Below are positions 1-9,440 of a DNA stretch of 64,000 nucleotides, one piece after another; within the stretch, counting starts at the first letter, position 1, and every line of letters begins with the position of its first letter. A program made the position numbers and the translations under genes. The stretch comes from Corynebacterium sp. (GTDB lineage: Bacteria > Actinomycetota > Actinomycetes > Mycobacteriales > Mycobacteriaceae), in contig JAUMUD010000002.1 of assembly GCA_030530875.1 (NCBI GenBank), positions 62,969 through 126,968 on the forward strand. The letters are read 5' to 3'. The notes below the pieces were generated by a model that was not told the DNA's origin, searched no databases, and worked only from the letters and a program-made list of their open reading frames with translations.

Positions 1-447
1 GACATCAAAGAGGAAGTTCTTTACCAGCTCACGGTTGGCCTCGGTCTTATCAAGATCGGTGGCAGTGGTTGGACCATCAATCTGGGTGTGATTGGATGGG
101 TTTGGCTGGGCAGCGAGCTCAGCAAGGTTATCCCAGTGCTCAGCAATCTTGCCCTCATCATTGAAGCGGAAAATGTCGAAGGCGACCTGCTCACCGGCAC
201 CTGCAAAGTTGTACACGGTCTGGAGGAAGACAAAGTTGCCGTCCTCGAAGTGGCGGATATTCTTCACAGTGGTCTTTGTAGGTGCTGCAGCCAAGTAGTT
301 GACTGCGCCCACGAAGGCTTCAGCACCGGTGGCATAAGCGAGGTTGTGCTGGATGTAGTTAGGATCGAGCAGTTCGGCTGCGGCATTGGCATCGCCAGTG
401 GCGAAGGTATTGATAAGAGCGAGGGCCTTGTCGGAATTGGTGGTCAT
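1..447 (-). CDS. SnoaL/NTF2-like family protein (partial, runs off window start)
   Basis: Translated by hand, not in the ORF track: MTTNSDKALALINTFATGDANAAAELLDPNYIQHNL...VAFDIFRFNDEGKIAEHWD. YIQHN and KIAEHWD are typical NTF2/SnoaL motifs. GAAAGGA RBS upstream. Confidence 0.8.
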   Translation of the reverse strand, partial: MTTNSDKALALINTFATGDANAAAELLDPNYIQHNLAYATGAEAFVGAVNYLAAAPTKTTVKNIRHFEDGNFVFLQTVYNFAGAGEQVAFDIFRFNDEGKIAEHWDNLAELAAQPNPSNHTQIDGPTTATDLDKTEANRELVKNFLFDV

Positions 448-479
448 AATGAAATTTCCTTTCGGGTTTTCGGAGTTGA

Positions 480-1109
480 TTATTCGCTGACTACGGAGAT
501 ACGCTGCTGGTCATGCTTGCCGTTTACGGCCTCATCGATCATGGCCACTGCATAGTCGGCATAGCTGATGACACTCTCGCCACGGCTGTTAAGGGCGAGT
601 TCCTCGCCTGCGAGGATGTACTTGCCGGTGCGCTCACCTTCTGGCTGGAAGTCGCCGGCTGGGCTGATGTAGGTCCAGTGGACATCCTTGCGCTCACGAA
701 GCTCATCGAGCCCCTTAGCCATGGCCAGTGCCAGTGGCTTGAACATTTCTGGGAAATCTGGGGTATCAACAACGCGCATGGTGTGCTCAGGATTCACAAA
801 GAGAGAGCCTGCACCGCCAACAACGAGGAGGCGGGTTTCAGTGCCGGAGAGAATATCAGCGAGATGGGCAAGGGAGGTGCTGTGAAGTGGGAGGGTTTCT
901 TCAGTCCATGCACCAAAGGCGTCGATGACGACATCGAAGCCTGCGAGGTCTTCGGCGGTCAGGTCGAAGAGGTCCTTGATGATGGCCTGGGTGGCTTCGG
1001 TCTTGTTCTCGCCACGAACCACTGCGGTGACATCCAGGTTGCGGCTCAGAGCTTCCTTGACAATGAGCTGACCGGACTTGCCATTAGCGGAGATAACTGC
1101 AATCTTCAT
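480..1109 (-). CDS. NAD(P)-dependent oxidoreductase (YwnB/flavin reductase-like Rossmann fold)
   Basis: MKIAVISANGKSGQLIVKEA nucleotide-binding start, RLLVVGGAGSL, WTYISP, ISYADYAVAMIDE. Start at ATG 1109 after an AAGGAAAG RBS. Confidence 0.85.
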   Translation of the reverse strand: MKIAVISANGKSGQLIVKEALSRNLDVTAVVRGENKTEATQAIIKDLFDLTAEDLAGFDVVIDAFGAWTEETLPLHSTSLAHLADILSGTETRLLVVGGAGSLFVNPEHTMRVVDTPDFPEMFKPLALAMAKGLDELRERKDVHWTYISPAGDFQPEGERTGKYILAGEELALNSRGESVISYADYAVAMIDEAVNGKHDQQRISVVSE

Positions 1110-1413
1110 TTTCACTTTCCTTCTCTATTCGGTTTCTATTTGGTGTGAATTCTTGGTGAGTGGGGCTTGGTGCCTCGCTCATGAATTCAAAGATAACCAA
1201 GCACAAAAGCCCTGTAAAGAGCCCACTTTTTTGTGCTTAGGTAACCTCGCGGTAACAAATGGAGGGTTACCAGAAGGTGCCTTTTGAAGGAATACTGGGG
1301 TTTTAAATGAACGTCTTAGGCCGAAAAATTTTTTAAAAAATTTTTGCCGGAGTCCGGAAACTAGGGGTATTTTGGAGCCGTAAGTTTCTTTTTGACACTA
1401 TTGGGAGTTGGAA

Positions 1414-1733
1414 TTGGCGACAGAATTGCCCGCTTGCCCGGTGGAAACCACGCTGACCTTGATAAGTAATAAGTGGAAGGTGCTGATTCTACGGGATCTT
1501 TTGGTGGAAACTAAGCGCTTTAGTGAGCTAAAAAATTAGTGGGGAATGTCTCCCAAAAGGTTCTGACCTCGCAATTACGCGAAATGGAGGCCAATGGTCT
1601 CGTGGAACGTAAAGTATACGCTGAGGTGCCACCCCGTGTGGAGTACTCACTCACGGAATTAGGACGTAGCCTCAAGCCCATCTTGGATGCGATGCAGCAT
1701 TGGGGCGAAGACTATCAAGCTATGCACGAATAA
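1414..1733 (+). pseudogene. HxlR-family winged-helix regulator interrupted by a 1-nt frameshift in an A6 run
   Basis: TTG 1414 (GGGAG RBS) reads LATELPACPVETTLTLISNKWKVLILRDLLVETKRFSELKN* (TAG 1537-1539). The -1 frame continues VGNVSQKVLTSQLREMEANGLVERKVYAEVPPRVEYSLTELG, the second half of an HxlR domain. Confidence 0.75.
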
Positions 1734-1748
1734 AGACCAAGAATAAGG

Positions 1749-1775
1749 AAAAAGCCCCTTTAAGGGGCTATTTCT
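1749..1775. terminator. Bidirectional intrinsic terminator
   Basis: AGCCCCTT-T-AAGGGGCT hairpin flanked by A and T runs, between convergent genes. Confidence 0.7.
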
Positions 1776-3524
1776 TTACCATCGGCGCAAATACGCGATG
1801 CGGTCGCGCAGCTGCTGGGCGCTGCACATGGCTGTGGGTGGGCCACCGCACTGCTGGCGCACTTCCTTGTGGATCGCACCATGGGGGCGGCCGGTCCGTG
1901 AGGCGGTCACGGCAACAAGGGCATTGAGCTCCTTGCGCAGGGCCGGAATCTCGGCATCGCCGAAACCTGGCGGTGGGCCGGCAGGGGCGTTTTTGGCAGC
2001 CTCTTTGCGCTGACGCTCTTCTTCCTCACGCTTCTTGCGGTCCTCCTCGGCGCGGGCCTCGACCTGCTCAGCCTGGCGGCGTCGCAAAAGCTCACGCATC
2101 TGCTCGGCATTGAGCAAGCCCGGAAGACCCAGGTAGTCGGCTTCCTCATCGCTGCCGGCAAAGGCACCGGTGCCGTAGTTGCGGCCCTCATAGATAAGGG
2201 AATCAAGCTCAGCATCAGCACCCAGGGACTCATAGGACTTTTCCAAGGCATCAGGCTCAGTCTTTTTCTTATTGGCATCAGCCAAAAGCTCATCATCCCA
2301 ACCCTCCTTGGGGCGGTCAGGCTGACCGAGCACATGCTGACGCTGAGTCTCCATCTTGGAGGCCAGGTCCAAAAGCACCGGCACCGAGGGCAAAAAGACA
2401 CTGGCCGTTTCACCCTTGGCGCGCGCACGCACAAAGCGACCAATGGCCTGGGCGAAGAACAGCGGCGTGGAAGCCGAGGTGGCGTAGACGCCCACGGCTA
2501 GGCGGGGGACGTCGACACCCTCAGACACCATGCGCACCGCGACCATCCACTCATCGGTATTATTAGAGAATTTATCAATATTATCCGAGGCCTCAGGGTC
2601 ATCAGACAAAATCACCGAAACCGGCGTCGAGGACAGTCCCTGCAGAATCTTGGCATAGGCACGCGCCGTCTGCTTATCAGTGGCGATAACTAGGCCACCA
2701 GCATCGGGAATGGTCTTGCGCAGCTGCAAAAGGCGCGTGTGGGCAGCCTGCAGCACCGCAGGAATCCAGTCACCGCGCGGGTCCAGGGCCGTCTTCCACG
2801 CACGCGCAGTTTGCTCGGCATTGAGCGGCTCACCAAGGCGCGCCTCAAATTCCTCACCGGCAGAGGTACGCCAACGGGCCTGGCCCGAATAGGCCAGGAA
2901 GACCACGGGGCGCACGACCCCATCACGAAGCGCATCGGCATAACCATAGGAATGGTCCGCCTTGGAGCGAAGAAGACCATTATGGTCCTCCTCGTAGGTA
3001 ACAAAAGGAATGGCGGAATCATCCGAACGGAATGGAGTACCGGTCAGTGCGAGGCGTCGCTGCGCATCCCCATAGGCAATGCGCATACCATCACCCCAGC
3101 TGCGCGCGTCACCGCCGTGGTGAATCTCATCCATAATGACAAGACTGCGCTTGGTGGTTGCCAGCTGGTGGTGCTTATAGGGATGCATGGAGACCTGAGC
3201 ATAAGTCACCACTACCCCGTCATAATTAGGATTCAGCGCTGAGCTATTACTAAAGTGCGGGTCGAGCAACAAGCCCACACGCTTGGCAGACTCCGCCCAC
3301 TGCACCTTCAGGTGCTCAGTCGGCACCACAACAATGACACGGTCGACCGTTCGCCGCGCCATCAACTCAGTAGCAATACGCAGCGCGAAAGTGGTCTTAC
3401 CCGCACCAGGGGTCGCCACCGCCAAAAAGTCCTTGGGATTCGCCTCCAAATACTTCGTGAGCGCAGCCTTCTGCCACTCACGCAGCCCATCAAGCCCGCG
3501 CGATACTATTCGGGGATGTGTCAC
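1776..3524 (-). CDS. SF2 DEAD/DEAH-box helicase (Rv2917-like)
   Basis: LREWQ Q-motif, ATPGAGKT Walker A, DEIHH, LALTGTPFR, SEGVDVP, QAIGRFVR. Likely GTG start at 3524 overlapping the DUF3039 stop (GTGA). Confidence 0.9.
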   Translation of the reverse strand: MTHPRIVSRGLDGLREWQKAALTKYLEANPKDFLAVATPGAGKTTFALRIATELMARRTVDRVIVVVPTEHLKVQWAESAKRVGLLLDPHFSNSSALNPNYDGVVVTYAQVSMHPYKHHQLATTKRSLVIMDEIHHGGDARSWGDGMRIAYGDAQRRLALTGTPFRSDDSAIPFVTYEEDHNGLLRSKADHSYGYADALRDGVVRPVVFLAYSGQARWRTSAGEEFEARLGEPLNAEQTARAWKTALDPRGDWIPAVLQAAHTRLLQLRKTIPDAGGLVIATDKQTARAYAKILQGLSSTPVSVILSDDPEASDNIDKFSNNTDEWMVAVRMVSEGVDVPRLAVGVYATSASTPLFFAQAIGRFVRARAKGETASVFLPSVPVLLDLASKMETQRQHVLGQPDRPKEGWDDELLADANKKKTEPDALEKSYESLGADAELDSLIYEGRNYGTGAFAGSDEEADYLGLPGLLNAEQMRELLRRRQAEQVEARAEEDRKKREEEERQRKEAAKNAPAGPPPGFGDAEIPALRKELNALVAVTASRTGRPHGAIHKEVRQQCGGPPTAMCSAQQLRDRIAYLRRW

Positions 3525-3760
3525 CGGCGTCGCAGACCTCGGTAAATGCGCTCGCAATCAGGGCAGACTGGGCTGCCTGGCTTGGCCTGCTTGGTCACTG
3601 GGAAGGTCTCCCCACACAGCGCGACCACCATGCGGCCGGTCACCGCCGAGTCCACAATCTGGTCTTTTTTCACATAGTGGAAGAACTTCGGGGTGTCATC
3701 ATCGGTCGTATTCTGCTCCCGAATATCGGGGCGCTCTATGGTCTGGGTCGAATTGCTCAT
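3521..3760 (-). CDS. DUF3039 domain protein
   Basis: FFHYVKKDQIVDSAVTG..VVALCGETF...PVCPDCERIY. Conserved actinobacterial gene at this position. Confidence 0.9.
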   Translation of the reverse strand: MSNSTQTIERPDIREQNTTDDDTPKFFHYVKKDQIVDSAVTGRMVVALCGETFPVTKQAKPGSPVCPDCERIYRGLRRR

Positions 3761-3851
3761 GTATCTATAATGCCCCACTTTTTGGAATACCGCTATAGGT
3801 ACGGCGTTCTGGGTACTAGAATAGATTTCAGATCAATAAAAGGAGCTTTCA

Positions 3852-4220
3852 TTGTTCGGCCGTCGCCGTGATATTGCGCTAATTACGTCCAAGGAAAAGT
3901 CCGATGCGGATACCTACCGTCGTCGGATAATTATTTATAACTGCATGCAGTTTTCCCGCCCGCCGCTGCTCATCCTCGCAGGCCTGAGCTACCTGGTGTG
4001 GCATACTACGATTCTTAGCATTATTCTTTTTGTGCTCTGTGTGCCTATTTCCTGGATTAGTGTGGTGATTGCCAATGGCCATGGCCAGCCCCGCGATCCC
4101 CGCGAGCGCCAGGTCTACAAGCCCGCCGCCGCCCGCCAACAAGCCCAGTATGAACTGACCCATCAGCAGACCCCGCAACTTGAGAAGGAAACCCGTGACC
4201 AATCTGAGCCCCCTCTATGA
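3852..4220 (+). CDS. DUF3099 family membrane protein
   Basis: ALIT...RR..Y..MQF.RPPLLILA, two hydrophobic segments, PWISVVIAN-like motif. AGGAG RBS. Confidence 0.75.
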   Translation: MFGRRRDIALITSKEKSDADTYRRRIIIYNCMQFSRPPLLILAGLSYLVWHTTILSIILFVLCVPISWISVVIANGHGQPRDPRERQVYKPAAARQQAQYELTHQQTPQLEKETRDQSEPPL

Positions 4221-5688
4221 TCGCCTGCGCGAGCTGCGCTTCACCACCGCCGGCCTTGAGCTTTTGCTTGGCGACGCCCTCCCCGCTCTCTACCGCGCTG
4301 AGCCCGGTGCCCTTCGGTTCCGGCTTCAGAAATTTGAGCACCTGGACCAGCTGCTGGTTCGATCGCTTCTCTTGCGCGATAAATTGACTGGAGAAGAACT
4401 CACAGAACTTTTCGGCCACGAGGTCATTGAGATTCTCGAAGAGAAAAACTGGCTGGTGAACGGTCGAGTCGTGATTGATATTAGGCCACATGTCCTTGGC
4501 GGCAAGGAAAAGTGGGTCTTTTCGGATCAGGATGCCTCTATGACCGAGGTCACGCACCCTGAGGGCCATGTGCTGGGTGTGGGCCAGGCAAGTTTGTCGC
4601 TAATGCGCGCAGTACCCACCAGCCCTGTAATTTCCGTGCTGGATTTGGGCACAGGTTCAGGCATTCAGATTCTTGCCCAGTCAGGCTGCGCCAGGACCTA
4701 TGTGGGCACCGATATTGCCCCTCGTGCACGGGAGTTCGCTCTTGCCTCTATTGGCGCCGACCCCACAATCGCACCGCGCTTTGAATACCTCGAAGGCTCC
4801 TGGTTTGAGCCGGTGGCGGGCCGGAAATTCGACCGCATTATTGCCAATCCCCCATTTGTCGTTGGCACCGGCGAAGTAGGCCATGTCTACCGCGACTCGG
4901 GGCTAGCGTTGGATGGGGCGAGTGAGCTCGTCGTCACGCAGGCTGTGGAGCACCTGACACTGGGCGGCAAAGCGCACCTGCTGGGCGCCTGGGTGCATAA
5001 GTCCGGCGAGTCCTGGGCGGCGCGCGTGGCCCGGTGGTTGCCGGCAACCGGTGTGCGTGCGTGGATTATTCAGCGCGATTGGGCAGACCCTGCGCTCTAT
5101 GTGGGTACCTGGATGCGTGATGAGGGCATTGACCCACGCTCTGAACATGGGCAGGCACTGGCTGAGACCTGGTTGTCTTTCTTTGAGGGGAACGAGGTTG
5201 AGGGCATTGGCTTTGGTTTTATTCATCTGGAGCGCCTGGCTGATGATGCGCCGAGCGATGTGGTGGCGGAGGAATTACCGCAGGCCTTGGAGGATTTTGG
5301 GGCCGAGGTGGAGGAATATTTCCTGCGCGCCGGGTGGCTGGATAATAAGGACTACCAGGATATTTTGGAGGCCAATTATGTGCTTCGCCCTGGTACGGCC
5401 TATGAGGATGTGGCAGTAACGGCGCCTGAAATGGGCTTTAATACGGTGACCAGGCGTATTACCCGTATGGATGGCCCACAATATGTGCATGAAATTGATG
5501 AGGCGCTCTATTCCATCCTCTCAGGTTTGAATCCGCGTGGTTTGTGCCTGGGTGAGGTGGTTTCGCTCTTTGCCTATAGTCATGGGCTTGAGGACCAGGA
5601 GGATGTATTGTTACAACAGACTGCACGGGCGGTTGTGGACCTGGTGCGGCATGGCATTGTCCTTCCGGTTGAATTGGTAACCGGCTAA
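4195..5688 (+). CDS. Class I SAM-dependent methyltransferase
   Basis: VLDLGTGSGIQ motif I and IIANPPFVV motif IV. Syntenic upstream of dtd-sigB. GTG 4195 after AAGGA. Confidence 0.85.
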   Translation: MTNLSPLYDRLRELRFTTAGLELLLGDALPALYRAEPGALRFRLQKFEHLDQLLVRSLLLRDKLTGEELTELFGHEVIEILEEKNWLVNGRVVIDIRPHVLGGKEKWVFSDQDASMTEVTHPEGHVLGVGQASLSLMRAVPTSPVISVLDLGTGSGIQILAQSGCARTYVGTDIAPRAREFALASIGADPTIAPRFEYLEGSWFEPVAGRKFDRIIANPPFVVGTGEVGHVYRDSGLALDGASELVVTQAVEHLTLGGKAHLLGAWVHKSGESWAARVARWLPATGVRAWIIQRDWADPALYVGTWMRDEGIDPRSEHGQALAETWLSFFEGNEVEGIGFGFIHLERLADDAPSDVVAEELPQALEDFGAEVEEYFLRAGWLDNKDYQDILEANYVLRPGTAYEDVAVTAPEMGFNTVTRRITRMDGPQYVHEIDEALYSILSGLNPRGLCLGEVVSLFAYSHGLEDQEDVLLQQTARAVVDLVRHGIVLPVELVTG

Positions 5689-5822
5689 TCACGGGCCGGG
5701 GCTGAATAGCACTTGTGTGATTGCTGTAAACGGATGTTGCATAGCGCAATCGGGTGCGACCGCGATACTTGTATATTGAGGCCCTCACGTTGCACAATAG
5801 TAGATGTTAAGAAGGGAGTTCT

Positions 5823-6269
5823 ATGCGGGCAATCCTCACTCGTTGTGCCGAAGCTTCCGTCTCCGTGGACGGCAAAGTGGTTGGCGAAATTACGCGACCG
5901 GGCCTGTGCGCCCTGGTTGGTATAAGCCGTGAGGATATTGAGCAGGATACTGCGGCTCGTGTGGAACTTTTGGTGCGTAAGATTGCTGAACTTCGCATCC
6001 TTCCTGACGAACAGTCTGCTAGTGATGTCGATGCGCCGGTGCTTGTGATTAGTAATTTCACCCTGTACGGACGCACCGCTAAAGGGCGTCGCCCGAGTTG
6101 GTCAGATGCTGCCCCGTCAGAATTGGCGCAGCCAGTATTTGAGCAAATTATTAGTGGCCTAAAGGCAAGAAATCTCGAGGTTGCGACTGGGATTTTTGGT
6201 GCAGAAATGGACGTAAAAACTGTCAATTCTGGGCCAGTGACAGTCCTGGTTGAAGCGCCCGGGAACTAA
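5823..6269 (+). CDS. dtd: D-aminoacyl-tRNA deacylase
   Basis: [47 protein letters not shown]. Confidence 0.92.
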   Translation: MRAILTRCAEASVSVDGKVVGEITRPGLCALVGISREDIEQDTAARVELLVRKIAELRILPDEQSASDVDAPVLVISNFTLYGRTAKGRRPSWSDAAPSELAQPVFEQIISGLKARNLEVATGIFGAEMDVKTVNSGPVTVLVEAPGN

Positions 6270-6288
6270 TACGAGTTCTTATTCGTTA
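6262..6288 (+). promoter_or_regulatory. ECF sigma (SigE/SigH-type) promoter of sigB
   Basis: GGAAC (6262-6266), 17 nt spacer, CGTTA (6284-6288). Matches the actinobacterial GGAAC-N17-CGTT consensus. sigB is a known SigE/SigH target. Confidence 0.75.
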
Positions 6289-6324
6289 TATAACTTGAGA
6301 GATCACTTACAGTAGGAGGCCAGA

Positions 6325-7326
6325 ATGACACAACAGTCAGAACAAGACTACAGCTCCGATGAGGTCTTTGAGGACCTAGATACCGGTAGTCGCCGCGGTC
6401 AAACTAATGACAATCCATCCGCCGACCTCGTTCGTGTCTATCTCAATGGTATTGGCAAGACCGCTCTGCTCTCCGCTGATGATGAAGTCGCTCTTGCCCA
6501 GACCATTGAGGTTGGCCTTTATGCCGAGTATTTGCTTGAGTTCTCCGAAGAACCGCTGACCCGCGCAAAGAAGCGCGACCTGAAGGTTTTGGTGAAGGAA
6601 GGCCGTCAGGCCCGCACCCATCTTCTTGAGGCTAACCTGCGTCTGGTTGTGTCCCTGGCTAAGCGCTATACCGGCCGCGGCATGCCACTTCTGGACCTCA
6701 TCCAGGAAGGCAACCTTGGTCTGATTCGTGCCATGGAGAAGTTCGACTATAAGAAGGGCTTCAAGTTCTCCACCTATGCTACGTGGTGGATTCGTCAGGC
6801 TATTACCCGCGGTATGGCCGACCAGTCCCGTACCATCCGCCTCCCGGTACACCTGGTTGAGCAGGTAAATAAGCTCTCCCGCATTAAGCGCGAGATGTAT
6901 CAGAACCTCGGCCGTGAAGCCACCAATGAGGAGCTCGCTGAAGAGTCCGGCATTGATGAGAATAAGATTGAGATGCTGCTCCGTCAGTCCCGCGACCCAG
7001 TTAGCCTGGATATGCCAGTTGGCGCCGATGAGGAAGCCCCACTGGGTGACTTCATTGAGGACTCTGAGGCCACCGATGCTGAGGCCGCCGTGGTTGCAAG
7101 CCTGCGCCACTCCGATATTCGCGCCGTGATCAATTCCCTTGAGCGCCGCGAGCAGGATGTGATTATTATGCGCTATGGTCTTGATGATGGCGTACCACGC
7201 ACCCTGGATCAGATTGGTCGCCGCTACGGTCTCTCCCGTGAGCGCGTCCGACAGATTGAGCGCGAGGTTATGTCGAAGCTTCGCGACGGTGAGCGTGCGG
7301 AGAAGCTCCGCGCCTACGCTGGCTAA
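6325..7326 (+). CDS. sigB: RNA polymerase sigma factor SigB
   Basis: [58 protein letters not shown]. Confidence 0.97.
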   Translation: MTQQSEQDYSSDEVFEDLDTGSRRGQTNDNPSADLVRVYLNGIGKTALLSADDEVALAQTIEVGLYAEYLLEFSEEPLTRAKKRDLKVLVKEGRQARTHLLEANLRLVVSLAKRYTGRGMPLLDLIQEGNLGLIRAMEKFDYKKGFKFSTYATWWIRQAITRGMADQSRTIRLPVHLVEQVNKLSRIKREMYQNLGREATNEELAEESGIDENKIEMLLRQSRDPVSLDMPVGADEEAPLGDFIEDSEATDAEAAVVASLRHSDIRAVINSLERREQDVIIMRYGLDDGVPRTLDQIGRRYGLSRERVRQIEREVMSKLRDGERAEKLRAYAG

Positions 7327-7391
7327 TTGGACCTACTTACCCATTCCACTCACTATTTATTGTTTTTCTTTTTGGAAAGGTATCAACTGCC

Positions 7392-8075
7392 GTGAAGGAC
7401 CTCGTAGATACAACAGAAATGTATCTTCGTACTATTTACGAACTTGAAGAGGAGGGAGTGACCCCTCTTCGTGCTCGCATCGCCGAGCGCCTTGAGCAGT
7501 CTGGCCCAACGGTGAGTCAGACCGTCGCACGTATGGAGCGTGACGGTCTGGTCGTTGTTTCCAAGGACCGCAGCTTGCGCATGACCGCCGCAGGTCGCGC
7601 GCTGGCCACCGCTGTTATGCGTAAGCACCGCCTGGCTGAGCTGCTGCTCACTGAGATGGTGCACCTGGATATTCACAAGGTTCATGCTGAGGCTTGCCGC
7701 TGGGAGCACGTTATGAGCGAAGAGGTGGAGCGCTGCCTGGTCAAGGTGCTTCCTGATGTCTCCCGCTCCCCTTTTGGTAACCCAATCCCTGGTCTTGCTG
7801 AACTCGGTGTGAGCAATGAGCCTAAGATTTCTGCTGGTGTGCGTCTAATTGACCTGCCACAGCATGAGCCAGTCAAGGTACGCATTATCCAGCTCAATGA
7901 GATCCTGCAGGTCGATGATGAGCAGTACCGCGCTCTGACCTCCGCTGGCATCACCATTGGTAGCGAGGTTACCGCTTCCTTCGAAAGCGGCGTAGCTACA
8001 CTGACCAATGGCGACACCACCGTTGAGCTCGCTGATGACCTCGCTCATGCGATCCGCGTAGAGCCAATGGAATAA
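7392..8075 (+). CDS. dtxR: Iron-dependent repressor DtxR/IdeR
   Basis: [58 protein letters not shown]. Confidence 0.97.
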   Translation: MKDLVDTTEMYLRTIYELEEEGVTPLRARIAERLEQSGPTVSQTVARMERDGLVVVSKDRSLRMTAAGRALATAVMRKHRLAELLLTEMVHLDIHKVHAEACRWEHVMSEEVERCLVKVLPDVSRSPFGNPIPGLAELGVSNEPKISAGVRLIDLPQHEPVKVRIIQLNEILQVDDEQYRALTSAGITIGSEVTASFESGVATLTNGDTTVELADDLAHAIRVEPME

Positions 8076-8110
8076 TGCTGGCGCGTCATTCCATTCAAAT
8101 CCATTAAGAA

Positions 8111-8137
8111 AAAGGGAGCCAACAGGCTCTTTTTTTC
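8111..8137. terminator. Terminator after dtxR (bidirectional)
   Basis: AAAGGGAGCC-AACA-GGCTCTTTTTTT. Confidence 0.75.
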
Positions 8138-9260
8138 ATGTGAGGATTGGGAGCGATGGTCGGTAGCTAAGGCAGGATTTTGTGATGAGATCCTCGACTG
8201 CATTGGCCGTGGTCTGCAGCAGGTGCATATACTGCCCTTCACTCATTACCCCTAGCAGCAGCTGGGAGAGCGAATGGCCGGGAGACGTCTCCAGCGCGAC
8301 TCTCAGCGCTGCCAGTGCATGGCTTGGCTGGCTGAGCGTAATCATGGACAGTGCATAGAGGCTGAGCGCATTGGCGCGTCGGTACTGTTGAGCACGCCAG
8401 CGCGGATAATTCTTGGTATTCGGACCAGGAGTTACTACTGTATGCAGAGTCTCCGCGGCGGCGAGCATGAGTTTGGAAAAAGGTGCGGCAGTACCCTTCA
8501 TCAGCGCAAAGAGCATTATGAGGTCACGGCTTAGCACATCTTCCAGCATGCTGAGTGCACAAAGCAGCGCGCTTTTATCCTTGGCAATATCCTCTTGGCT
8601 CGCCTCATCAAGACGGGTTAGGTGGAAGCTCATGGAGAGCATGATTTCATCCCCGGCAAGACCGCGCTCAATATCCACCAGCTCACTGGTATTATCCGAG
8701 CTTGGATGCAGGGCTTTATCGCGGTCAAGGCTGCGGGCCTGGGCCTGCTTGCGCAAATTCCCACGAGCTTGGGCGGTGATTTCCGTGTTGACCCCACGGT
8801 AGAGGCACATGAAGGATTCACGGTTTTCCGCCGGCGGGCTCGAATGGGCAAGCACCGAGGCAAAAGGCTTACCGACAGTGCCCAGCGGACTCTGCGTGTC
8901 CAGGACATCATCGCAGACCGTGCCAGGCTTTAAGCTATCGGTGAACAAGAAGTGATCCACGCGGTCACGGACTCGACGGAAGAGATCTGGCTCGGCCGGT
9001 CCGACATTGATACCGATGAGGACGTCGGTAGGCTCATAGGGCAGGCGGTCGAGGAGCATTTCGGCCGCATCATGATCCTCCAAATCAACGCGCCCAATCG
9101 GGCCGATGATAGTGGTGCCCTCGCCGCGCTGGGCGATTTCGGGGCAGTCGCGGTCCACGAGGGAGACCGTGCACAGGACAAAGGAGCGCTCGGGATAGTA
9201 GCCGAGGATATGCGGCACTGTCGCGAGAATATTTGGAATGTTGTAGCTGTATGTGTTCAT
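8136..9260 (-). CDS. DUF4192 family protein
   Basis: N-terminal ILATVPHILGYYPERSFVL and RVDL, late RANALSLYA...ALAAL..AL...PGHSLSQLL. Syntenic position after dtxR(-galE). Confidence 0.7.
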   Translation of the reverse strand: MNTYSYNIPNILATVPHILGYYPERSFVLCTVSLVDRDCPEIAQRGEGTTIIGPIGRVDLEDHDAAEMLLDRLPYEPTDVLIGINVGPAEPDLFRRVRDRVDHFLFTDSLKPGTVCDDVLDTQSPLGTVGKPFASVLAHSSPPAENRESFMCLYRGVNTEITAQARGNLRKQAQARSLDRDKALHPSSDNTSELVDIERGLAGDEIMLSMSFHLTRLDEASQEDIAKDKSALLCALSMLEDVLSRDLIMLFALMKGTAAPFSKLMLAAAETLHTVVTPGPNTKNYPRWRAQQYRRANALSLYALSMITLSQPSHALAALRVALETSPGHSLSQLLLGVMSEGQYMHLLQTTANAVEDLITKSCLSYRPSLPILT

Positions 9261-9440
9261 GACTTCATCCTTGCAGCTTTTTCAAGCCGCTGGGATCGGG
9301 CCTGTGGATAAACCCCTCTATCCACAGGCGCGGAGCCAAAAATGGGGATTTGATAACGCTCAAAGCGATTTTGTGGTATAGGGAATTAATTTCTCTCCAC
9401 GTGCGTTAGACTTATATAAGTGACGAGAGAAAGGTAGATT

